The position numbers and the translations under genes are program-made. 64,000 nt of DNA, taken from Pseudomonadota bacterium. GTDB taxonomy: Bacteria; Myxococcota_A; UBA9160; SZUA-336. Position 1 is the first letter of the stretch, and every line of letters starts with the position of its first letter. A model generated the notes under the pieces. That model ran no database searches and was not told the origin of the DNA. It saw only the letters and a list, made by a program, of their open reading frames with translations. The stretch is taken from the NCBI GenBank assembly GCA_021295775.1, contig JAGWBS010000014.1, positions 10,199-74,198 of the forward strand, in the 5' to 3' direction. Shown in pieces: positions 16,530-24,388 of the stretch.

Positions 16530-16754
16530 TCAGCCGGAGCCGCCCAGGCGTTCCAGGATCTCGGCGTGCTCGGGGAAGCGCCCGGTCCGGTGCTTGGAGA
16601 AGATCAGGTCACCGTCCCGCTTCACCTCGAAAACTCCGTTGTCGCCCTTGATCAGACTCGCTTCTCCGCCGGTCACCCGCCTGATCTCGGCCGCCAAACT
16701 GGTGGCCTGGGGCAGGTAGTTTCAACGCACGCAGTATTCGATCGAGATCTCCAT
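16530..16754 (-). CDS. SelW/Rdx-family selenoprotein (74 aa) with in-frame UGA (Sec) at 16722-16724; absent from the ORF track
   Basis: Minus-strand ATG 16754. Read-through translation 'MEISIEYCVRUNYLPQATSLAAEIRRVTGGEASLIKGDNGVFEVKRDGDLIFSKHRTGRFPEHAEILERLGGSG'. CxxU redox motif, then GG...FEV...G.L..SK...GRFP as in Rdx/SelW proteins. Lies 108 nt downstream of selB, 4 nt upstream of OsmC. Confidence 0.6.
16689..16707 (-). promoter_or_regulatory. candidate bacterial SECIS hairpin 14 nt 3' of the UGA codon
   Basis: mRNA GGCC-A-CC-AGUUU-GG-CG-GGCC: GGCC/GGCC outer stem, CC/GG inner stem, apical loop containing G-U. Begins 14 nt after UGA, the expected SelB-binding position. Confidence 0.3.
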
Positions 16755-16862
16755 GCCCCAAGAGTCGCACCCGCGAGGGCGCATGGCAAAGGCGCCCGGC
16801 CACGGCGGCGCTGGGCTCGGGCCCGGACGGCGTTCGGCCGCCCTGAGCCACGCCTATGTCCC

Positions 16863-18788
16863 TCAGCGTTTCCGCAGGACGCGGGTGTTGCCGACCCGGC
16901 GGGTGACTTTGCGGGCGTCGAAGTATTCCATCAGGGGAACGGTGTGCTTGCGGGTCTGTCCGGTGAGCTGCTTGTAGCGGACCGGGTCGATCTCGCCGTG
17001 CTGTTTCAGGAAGGCGACCAGCCGTCCGCTCAGCTCCTCGAGCGCGGCGGCGTCGAAGTAGCGGCCCGGCGCGACCCGCTCGAGCCGGCCCTGGCGCACC
17101 CAGTGGTCGAGCACGGGCTGGAGCGCGCGCGCTTCGCAGCCCAGCTCGCGAGCCAGCGCTTCCTGAGTGTCCGGCGCGAGCCCGGCGCCGCAGATGCGCT
17201 CCAGGAGACGCTCGGCCAGTTCCTCGTCGGCCGCGTGCGCGACGTGCTCCGGCGCGCGGTAGCCGGTCTCGCCCGAGAGCAGGGCTCCGCCGCGGACCGC
17301 GGCCGCCAGCGCGGCGCGCAGCGCCTCGTCGCGCGCGTGGCGGCGGACGCGCGCGCGCACGCCCGCGAACCCCACCCAGGGATCGGTCGGGACCTCGGCG
17401 TGATGCGCCCGGACCGCCTCCACGGCCAAGCGTTCGAGCTGCGCGAAGGCCTCGCGGTGCAGCCAGCGCCCGCCGCCCACCGCGACCCCGTCGAGCGACT
17501 CCAGCGAACGCACCTCGCGCAGCAGCTCGGCCTCGGTCGCCCCGCGCAGTCCCGCGCGCTTCAGGCGCGCGGCCAGGGCCGCGGAGCGGTCGCCGGAGGC
17601 CGCGACCTGCAGGTCCCGCGAACGCTCTTTCCGCCTGCGCCGACCTCGCGCGGGCACCGCGTCCAGCACGACTCCACCGCCGATCGTCCAGCCGGCCTCC
17701 GGGATCCTGCGGTAGCCGCGCAGGATGAAGCGGTCGCCCTCCACCACGGGGACCGGCGAGTCGAAGCGGAATTGCGCGAAGGCGCGGTCTCCGGGCTCCA
17801 GGCGCTCGGCGTCCAGCAGGCGGATCCGGGCCGGGCGCTCCGAGGTGCCGACGTGCAGCGCGACCCGCGCGCCGTCGTCCAGCGGCGGGGCCGCGTCCAG
17901 CAGGCGCACTTCGGCCTCGACCCGGTCGCGGTAGTCGAGCCGGCCGGGCGTCGCCAGCACGCTGCCGCGCGGGACGGCTTCGACTTCGACGCCCTGCAGG
18001 TTGACCGCGCAGCGCGAACCCGGCTCGGCCCGCGCGACCGTCTCCCCGTGCACCTGCAGTCCTCGGATTCGGGCCTGGGCCGCGACCCGGCCGCCCTCCG
18101 GCAGGATCTCGATATTCTGCCCCTCGTTCAGTTCCGAGCCGCGCAGGGTTCCGGTGACCACCGTGCCGAAGCCGCGCATGCTGAAGGTCCGATCGACGGG
18201 CAGCCAGGCCGGGCCGTCGCGCAGCGTGCGGCCGGCGCTGCGCTCCGCCGCGCGCTCGAGCGCCGCGATCAGCTCGTCCATGCCCCGGCCGGTGTGCGCG
18301 GACACCGCCACCACCTCGGCCCGGTCCAGGCTCGAGACCGCCAGCTCTTCTTCGACCTCGAGCCGGGCCAGTTCCAGCAGATCGGCCTCGACCGCGTCCG
18401 CCTTGGTCAGCGCCACCACCCCGGCGTCGATGCCCAGCAGCGAGCAGATCGCCAGGTGCTCGCGGCTCTGCGGCATGATGCCCTCGTCGGCGGCGACCGC
18501 GAACAGCACCAGGTCGATCCCGGTGGCGCCGGAGACCATCGTGCGCACCAGCCGCTCGTGCCCCGGCACGTCGACCACGCCCAGGCCGCGGCCGGAGGGC
18601 AGTTCCAGCGGCGCGAAGCCCAGCTCGATGGTGATCCCGCGCGCCTTCTCTTCCGGGAGCCGGTCGCAGTCGACCCCGCTGAGCGCGCGGATCAGCGAGG
18701 TCTTGCCGTGATCGATGTGGCCGGCGGTTCCCAGGATCAGCCGGCGGCTTCGCTCCGCTTCGGTCCGACCCGCTCCGCCCGGCTTCAC
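16863..18788 (-). CDS. selB: selenocysteine-specific translation elongation factor
   Basis: 641 aa from GTG 18788 (SD GAGCGGGG). GTP-binding N-terminus '[43 protein letters not shown]...[10 protein letters not shown]'. C-terminal winged-helix region '[33 protein letters not shown]'. Upstream part of the listed ORF (to 19043) overlaps serS and is discarded. Confidence 0.85.
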   Translation of the reverse strand: MKPGGAGRTEAERSRRLILGTAGHIDHGKTSLIRALSGVDCDRLPEEKARGITIELGFAPLELPSGRGLGVVDVPGHERLVRTMVSGATGIDLVLFAVAADEGIMPQSREHLAICSLLGIDAGVVALTKADAVEADLLELARLEVEEELAVSSLDRAEVVAVSAHTGRGMDELIAALERAAERSAGRTLRDGPAWLPVDRTFSMRGFGTVVTGTLRGSELNEGQNIEILPEGGRVAAQARIRGLQVHGETVARAEPGSRCAVNLQGVEVEAVPRGSVLATPGRLDYRDRVEAEVRLLDAAPPLDDGARVALHVGTSERPARIRLLDAERLEPGDRAFAQFRFDSPVPVVEGDRFILRGYRRIPEAGWTIGGGVVLDAVPARGRRRRKERSRDLQVAASGDRSAALAARLKRAGLRGATEAELLREVRSLESLDGVAVGGGRWLHREAFAQLERLAVEAVRAHHAEVPTDPWVGFAGVRARVRRHARDEALRAALAAAVRGGALLSGETGYRAPEHVAHAADEELAERLLERICGAGLAPDTQEALARELGCEARALQPVLDHWVRQGRLERVAPGRYFDAAALEELSGRLVAFLKQHGEIDPVRYKQLTGQTRKHTVPLMEYFDARKVTRRVGNTRVLRKR

Positions 18789-18798
18789 GGGGCCCCGC

Positions 18799-20064
18799 TC
18801 AGCCGATCGAATCGAAGCCCGCGTAGGGCCGCAGCGCCGCCGGGATCGCGATCGAACCGTCCGCGCGCTGGTGGTTCTCCAGGATCGCGATGATGGCGCG
18901 CGAGACCGCCAGGGCCGTGCCGTTGAGCATGTGGCAGAAGCGCGCGTGGCCCGACTCGGGATCGCGGTAGCGCACGCCCAGGCGCCGCGCCTGGTAGTCG
19001 GTGCAGTTGGAGGCGCTGGTGATCTCGCCCCAGCTTCCGCCATCGCCGCGGCCCGGCATCCAGGCCTCCAGGTCCAGCTTGCGGTGCGCGGGCGCGCCCA
19101 GGTCGCCGCGGCACACCTCGACCACCCGGTAGGGCACCTCCAGCCGGGTGAAGAGATCCTCCTCGATCTCGACCAGTTCGTCGTGCAGCGCGGCCGACTC
19201 GCGCGGGCCGCAGACCACGAACATCTCCACTTTAGTGAACTGGTGGACTCGGTACAGCCCCTTGGAGGCGCGGCCCGCCGCCCCGGCCTCGGTGCGGAAG
19301 CAGTGCGACAGGCCGCAGTAGCGTCGCGGCAGGCTGTCGGCGTCGAGGATCTCGTCGCGGTGCAGTCCGCCGAGGGTGATCTCGGCGGTGCCGACCAGCA
19401 CCAGGTCCGTGCCGGCCACGGAGTAGATCTGCGACTCGTCCCCGCGCGGGTTGAAGCCCAGTCCCTCGGCCACTTCGCCGCGCGCCAGGTCCGGCGTCTG
19501 GAAGAGCGTGTAGCCGCGCCCGCGCAGGCTTTCGAGCGCGAAGCGCACCAGCGCCTGCTCCAGCAGCACCAACTCGTTCTTCAGGTAGTAGAACTTCTGG
19601 CCCGCGACCTTGGCGCCCGCTTCGAAGTCGAGCAGGTCGTGCAGCCCGCCGAGCTGCACGTGGTCGCGCGGCTCGAAGTCGAAGCGAGGCGGCTCGCCGA
19701 CGCGGCGCAGCTCCTCGTTGGCCTCCTCGTCCGCTCCGGGGGGAGAGGCGGGGTGGGTGGTGTTCGGGACCCTCCGGTGCAGCTCCGAGAGATCCCCGCG
19801 CAGCTTGCGCAGGGCCTCGTCCAGCTCCGCCTCGCGCGTCTTCAGCTCCCGGCCGAGCGCCCGCTCCCGCTCGTCCGGCTTGCGGCCCTTCATCTGGCTC
19901 GCGAGCCGGTTGCGGCGCTCGCGCACGTCCTGCTGCTCCGAGCCCAGAGAGCGGCTTTCGTGGTCGAGGGCGATCAGCCGGTCCAGATCGACGTCGACGT
20001 GGCGTTCGGCGCAGTTGCTCCGCACGGCGTCCAGGTTCTCGCGAATGAAGCGCAGGTCCAGCAA
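18799..20064 (-). CDS. serS: seryl-tRNA synthetase
   Basis: 421 aa from TTG 20064 (GGAG 9 nt upstream), giving the N-terminus 'MLDLRFIRENLDAVR'. Class II motifs 'YCGLSHCFRTEAG...GLYRVHQFTKVEMF' and 'DLEAWMPGRGDGGSWGEITSASNCTDYQARRL'. Upstream 203 codons of the listed ORF are shadow. Confidence 0.85.
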   Translation of the reverse strand: MLDLRFIRENLDAVRSNCAERHVDVDLDRLIALDHESRSLGSEQQDVRERRNRLASQMKGRKPDERERALGRELKTREAELDEALRKLRGDLSELHRRVPNTTHPASPPGADEEANEELRRVGEPPRFDFEPRDHVQLGGLHDLLDFEAGAKVAGQKFYYLKNELVLLEQALVRFALESLRGRGYTLFQTPDLARGEVAEGLGFNPRGDESQIYSVAGTDLVLVGTAEITLGGLHRDEILDADSLPRRYCGLSHCFRTEAGAAGRASKGLYRVHQFTKVEMFVVCGPRESAALHDELVEIEEDLFTRLEVPYRVVEVCRGDLGAPAHRKLDLEAWMPGRGDGGSWGEITSASNCTDYQARRLGVRYRDPESGHARFCHMLNGTALAVSRAIIAILENHQRADGSIAIPAALRPYAGFDSIG

Positions 20065-20121
20065 TCGTCGTCCGCTCCGGGGAGGAGGCCATTCTAGGTC
20101 CCGGGCCCTGCCCGCGACAGG

Positions 20122-20529
20122 GTGACGGTTATACTCGCTCCCCCCATGAGAGACGTGCCGCAACACGACGTGCCTCGCGGCGGGCGCAGCGGCTTCGTCC
20201 GGGTGGAAGGTCGTCAGGTCCACTTCCTGGAGTGGGGCCGCGGCGACGACCCCGCGGTCGTGTGTCTGCACGGCGCCGGACAGACCGCCTACGTCTACGA
20301 GCCGCTGGGAGTCGCGCTGCGAGAGCGCTACCGGGTTCTGGCGATCGACCTGCCCCGGCACGGGGACTCCGACTCGGTGAGCGGCCACGGCCCGCAGGCC
20401 TACGCGCCGACCCTGCCCCCGCTGCTGGCGGAGTTCGGGATCGAGCGCGCGGGCCACCAGGCGGCCGCGGAAAATCCCGCCACGCTGGCTTCGATCCTCT
20501 CGGGTTGGTTGGAGAGGATCGGTTGGTAG
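20122..20529 (+). pseudogene. alpha/beta-hydrolase N-terminal fragment (truncated, likely pseudogene)
   Basis: 135 aa. 'VHFLEWGRGDDPAVVCLHGAGQTAYVYEPLGVALRERYRVLAIDLPRHGDSD' is a typical hydrolase N-terminus. The ORF stops before the nucleophile elbow (no GxSxG) or cap. Confidence 0.35.
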
Positions 20530-20623
20530 AAAAGGACGGGGCGGGGGATCGCCCGTGCGGCGGGCGGAGAGACGCCGCCTTCGGGCCTCGACCGCTCGAG
20601 TCGCCCAGAAACGGAGGATTGAG

Positions 20624-21571
20624 ATGTACGACCCCGAGCTGAACCAGTACGTCGAGGAGACGCGGGCCTTCAATCAGGTCCTCCGGGAACAGGTCGTGAT
20701 GGACATCAGCACCCCGGAGAAGGTCGCGGCTGCCCGGCAGCCGATGCAGGATGGGGGTCCGTTCGCGTCGGTAGTGCTCGACGACGTCGCCGTCCAGCGC
20801 AGCGTCCCGGGGCCCGGCGGCGACATCCCGGTTCGCGTGTTCACGCCCCCGGACGTGCGCGCGGTCTACCTGCACCTGCACGGCGGCGGCTGGGCGGTGG
20901 GCCGCCCGGAGATGAACGACGTCTCCAACTGGGACATCGCCCGGGGGGCCGAGGTCGCCGTGGTCAGCGTCGACTACCGTCTGGCGCCCGAGCACCCCTA
21001 CCCGGCCGGTCCGGACGACTGCGAGGCCGTGGCGCTGTGGCTGCTCGAGCACGCCCGGGCCGAGTTCGGCAGCGAGCGGCTGCTGATCGGCGGCGAGTCC
21101 GCCGGGGCCCACCTGAGCGCCCTGACCCTGCTGCGAATGCGCGACCGGCACGGGGCGCAGGAGAGCTTCGCCGCCGCCAATCTGGTCTTCGGCGCTTACG
21201 ATCTGAGTCTGTCCCCGAGCGTGCGCCACGCCGGAGACAGCCTGCCGGTGCTGACGAGCCGCGGCATCGACGACTTCGTCGGCTACTTCCTGCCGGGCCG
21301 GAGCGTCGAGGAGCGTCGCGCCCCGGAATTCTCCCCGCTGTACGCCGATCTTTCGGGGATGCCGCCCGCGCTGTTCACGGTCGGCACGGCGGACGCGCTG
21401 CTGGACGACAGTCTGTTCATGGCCGCGCGCTGGAGCGCCGCGGGCGGGAGCAGCGAGCTCGCCGTCTATCCCGAGGCGGCGCACGGCTTCACGGGTTTCC
21501 CGATGCAGATGGCGCGCGTCGCCAACGAGCGCTGCCTCCGGTTCATCGCCCGCGGCGCGGCGGGCGATTGA
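20624..21571 (+). CDS. alpha/beta hydrolase, esterase/lipase (HSL-like) family
   Basis: 315 aa from ATG 20624 with RBS GGAGG. Oxyanion motif 'HGGGW', nucleophile 'GESAGA', conserved His in 'AAHGF'. Confidence 0.8.
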   Translation: MYDPELNQYVEETRAFNQVLREQVVMDISTPEKVAAARQPMQDGGPFASVVLDDVAVQRSVPGPGGDIPVRVFTPPDVRAVYLHLHGGGWAVGRPEMNDVSNWDIARGAEVAVVSVDYRLAPEHPYPAGPDDCEAVALWLLEHARAEFGSERLLIGGESAGAHLSALTLLRMRDRHGAQESFAAANLVFGAYDLSLSPSVRHAGDSLPVLTSRGIDDFVGYFLPGRSVEERRAPEFSPLYADLSGMPPALFTVGTADALLDDSLFMAARWSAAGGSSELAVYPEAAHGFTGFPMQMARVANERCLRFIARGAAGD

Positions 21572-21584
21572 GGCTGCGGAAAGC

Positions 21585-22010
21585 TCAGCCCGGGCCGAGC
21601 ACCTCGCGGGTGCCGAGCTCGAAGAACACCTTGCCTCTGCGGTGGACGCTCCTCCAACCCTCGGCGGTTCGTCGAAGCTCGTCGCGATACTCTCCGAACA
21701 TCTCGTAGGTCCGGCCCGAGTCTTCGTTCCTGTCGAGGTGGAACGCGCGCACGTAGACGTGGCTGAAGGCTCGGTCCCCGTCGATTTCGACGCGGTGGTT
21801 GCCCAGCAGGTGCTGGGTCGGCCCGCAGCCGTCCAGGTGGCTGCGGATCATCGCGACGGCCTCGGCTCGGGTCCGGGTGCGGAATTCACCGAACTCGAAG
21901 ACCGCGTCGTCCGCGAAGACTTCGTCCAGCAGCTCCCAGGCGCGCGTGTCCAGCGCCTCGGCGTAGCGGTTGAGCAGGTCGCAGATGGCCGCGCGGTCGT
22001 CGGGATTCAT
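21585..22010 (-). CDS. SnoaL-like / NTF2-like domain protein
   Basis: 141 aa. 'MNPDDRAAICDLLNRYAEALDTRAWELLDEVFADDAVFEF' is a typical SnoaL_2/NTF2-fold N-terminus. Confidence 0.7.
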   Translation of the reverse strand: MNPDDRAAICDLLNRYAEALDTRAWELLDEVFADDAVFEFGEFRTRTRAEAVAMIRSHLDGCGPTQHLLGNHRVEIDGDRAFSHVYVRAFHLDRNEDSGRTYEMFGEYRDELRRTAEGWRSVHRRGKVFFELGTREVLGPG

Positions 22011-22020
22011 GCTCCGGGCC

Positions 22021-23244
22021 TCAAAAGATCTCGGGACACCAGGGCGGCGGATCCCAGGCGAAGAAGCGGTCCGCGCGGGCCACGGCTTCGGGCGCGCCGC
22101 GGACGCGCCCCGCGCGCGCCAGCGTGGCGAGGCGCGAGCCGCCCATCAGCGCGGCGCCCAGGTCGGCCACGTCGAGTTCGAGATCGGGGGGCCCTCCGCC
22201 GCGCGCGCACTCGGCTCCCTCGGGGCCGCCTTCCAGCACGTAGGTGCCGGAGTTGTCCGGTCGCAGCGCGTCGCTCACCTGCAGCGTCACGCGCCCTTCG
22301 ACCGCGTAGCGGCGGCCCGCCAGCGCGGCGGGCAGGTCGAGGATTCGCACCCAGAGAGCGTCGCGCTGGGAGCGCCGGGCCCGGCGCGGGTCGGCCAGCA
22401 GCCAGAACAGCGGGTCGTCGGGCGGCCGGTTCCAGGCCTGGACCATCTCGATCAGGTCGACGCCCAAGGCGTGGTGCCACAGGGCCGCGCTCGCCTCGGC
22501 GTCCTCGGCCTGCAGCTCGACCACGTGCAGCCGGCCGCGCGGCAGGTTGGCCTCGTCGCTCTTCGCCTGCTGGCGGTACTGCAGGTAGCCGCGCGCCTCG
22601 CCGTCCCGTTCGTAGAGCGCGAAGCGCAGCGCGGACCCCCCTTCGCGCTTCCACGGCGGGTCCGAGAAGTGGCGCGCCTCCCACCACAGCGGCGAGCGCG
22701 CGAAGTGGCCCGGGCGGCCGCGCCAGAGCTTCTCGTAGACCGCCGGCAGTTGCCGGCGCGCCTCCTCCGGTGTGAGCAGGCGGCAGCGTCCGGAGAACTC
22801 GGGGGTCTCCGCGAACTCGGAATGGGCCCGCTCGACCACGATGCGGCAAAGCTCCGAGGCGCAGCCGAAGCCGAAGCGTTCGTAGATCTGACTCTCCGAG
22901 GCCCACAGCGCGGCCAGCGGCTCGCCGCGCCCGGCCACTTCGTCGAGGTGCGAGCTCATCATCTGCCGCAGGATCCCGCGCCGGCGGTGGCTGGACCGGA
23001 CGGTGACCATGGTGGTCCCGCCGGTCGCCAGGACCCCGCCGGGAACCGCCAGTTCCAGGCTGTGGGTCGCCAGGGTGCCCACGATGTCGTCGCCGTCGAA
23101 GGCGCAGCGAGTGCGCTCGGATTCCAGGAACGCGGCGAAGCCCTCGGCCATGCCCTCGGCCGGATCCCAGCCGAAGCCCAGCGCCATCTGCCGGTAGAAC
23201 TCGCCGACCTCGTCGCGCGAGATCGCCCGGATCGGGTAGCTCAT
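22021..23244 (-). CDS. GNAT family N-acetyltransferase, Eis-like (GNAT plus C-terminal SCP2-like domain)
   Basis: 407 aa. Acetyl-CoA motif 'HRRRGILRQMMSSHLDE'. Length and architecture typical of Eis proteins. Confidence 0.7.
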   Translation of the reverse strand: MSYPIRAISRDEVGEFYRQMALGFGWDPAEGMAEGFAAFLESERTRCAFDGDDIVGTLATHSLELAVPGGVLATGGTTMVTVRSSHRRRGILRQMMSSHLDEVAGRGEPLAALWASESQIYERFGFGCASELCRIVVERAHSEFAETPEFSGRCRLLTPEEARRQLPAVYEKLWRGRPGHFARSPLWWEARHFSDPPWKREGGSALRFALYERDGEARGYLQYRQQAKSDEANLPRGRLHVVELQAEDAEASAALWHHALGVDLIEMVQAWNRPPDDPLFWLLADPRRARRSQRDALWVRILDLPAALAGRRYAVEGRVTLQVSDALRPDNSGTYVLEGGPEGAECARGGGPPDLELDVADLGAALMGGSRLATLARAGRVRGAPEAVARADRFFAWDPPPWCPEIF

Positions 23245-23272
23245 CGGGTCGGAGAGGGCGGCCGGCGCACCC

Positions 23273-24388
23273 TCAGTCCTTGTCGAGTTCGGGGATCACG
23301 TAGCGGCCGATGTGCTCGATCGAGTTCATGACCTGTTCGTGGGTCATGTTGTAGGGGTTGAGCAGGCAGAACAGCAGATCGCAGCCGGCGGCCTCGTAGC
23401 GCTTGGCGATCTCGATGCAGCGGTCGGGACCGCCGACCATGGCCGCGGCCGAGTCCCGGATGTAGTCGAAGTTGATGTGGTCGAGCAGGCCGGCCTCGCT
23501 GCGCTTCTTGGCCTCGCCGGTGTAGTGGTAGGTGCCCAGGTCGCCATCCTTGCTCCAGCCGGCCGCGTAGTCGGCCGTCTCGCCGATGATCTTGCCGCCG
23601 TGCTTGGGGTACCAGACCATCGACTCCTCGGCCTCGCGGAAGGCCTGCTCGTCGGTGGCGGCGCAGTGCCCCATGGTGAAGGTGACCACCCTCTCGTTGC
23701 GGAACAGTCCCTTGGGCTTTTCGCACTCCGACTGGCCCTTGCGGTAGGCCTCCACCCGCGGGATCAGGTCCTCGGGCGGCACGCCGACCGCGAACGAGAG
23801 CAGGCCCACGCCCATCTTGCCGATCTCGTAGTGGCCGTCGACGCTGGTCGTGGCCGACCAGATCGGCGGATGCGGGTCCTGCACCGGCTTGGGGTGCACG
23901 CGCCGCTTCGGCATCGACCAGTACTTGCCCTCGAACTCGTACTCTTCGTTCGTCCAGCAGCCGACGATGTGGTCGATCGCCTCGCCCAGCATCTCGCGCG
24001 TCTCGTGCGGGTTGATGCCGAAGCCCTCCATTTCCAGGCGCGTCGCCGAGCGGCCGGTGCCGAACTCGACCCGCCCGTCCGAGATGCAGTCGAGCGTGGC
24101 CGCGCTCTCGGCGCTGCGGACCGGGTGGTTGTACGGCTTGGGCGTCAGGCGGACGCCGTAGCCCAGCCGCAGCTTGCTGGTGCGGGTGGCGACGGCGCCG
24201 TACAGGATCTCCGGGTTCGAGCAGTGCGAGAACTCGTCCAGGAAGTGGTGCTCGACCGTCCAGAAGCTGTGGAAGCCCATCTCCTCGGCGAACACCGCCT
24301 GCTCGATGGTGTTCTTCAGCGCCGCCTGCTCCTTGCCCGGCGTCCAGGGCCGGGGCACGGGGATCTCGCAGAAAAACGCGAACTTCAT
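23273..24388 (-). CDS. LLM-class flavin-dependent oxidoreductase (luciferase-like monooxygenase)
   Basis: 371 aa. 'MKFAFFCEIPVPRPWTPGKE...FHSFWTVEHHFLDEFSHCSNPEILYGAVATRTSKLRLGYGV' is the classic LLM N-terminus. ATG overlaps the upstream TonB receptor stop (ATGA). Confidence 0.85.
   Translation of the reverse strand: MKFAFFCEIPVPRPWTPGKEQAALKNTIEQAVFAEEMGFHSFWTVEHHFLDEFSHCSNPEILYGAVATRTSKLRLGYGVRLTPKPYNHPVRSAESAATLDCISDGRVEFGTGRSATRLEMEGFGINPHETREMLGEAIDHIVGCWTNEEYEFEGKYWSMPKRRVHPKPVQDPHPPIWSATTSVDGHYEIGKMGVGLLSFAVGVPPEDLIPRVEAYRKGQSECEKPKGLFRNERVVTFTMGHCAATDEQAFREAEESMVWYPKHGGKIIGETADYAAGWSKDGDLGTYHYTGEAKKRSEAGLLDHINFDYIRDSAAAMVGGPDRCIEIAKRYEAAGCDLLFCLLNPYNMTHEQVMNSIEHIGRYVIPELDKD

Noticed and set aside
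16609-16851. 80-aa ORF 'MAQGGRTPSGPEPSAAV...' listed on the minus strand
   Set aside because: R/G/A-rich and in a different frame from the SelW-like selenoprotein that occupies the same DNA. The selenoprotein frame has real family motifs.
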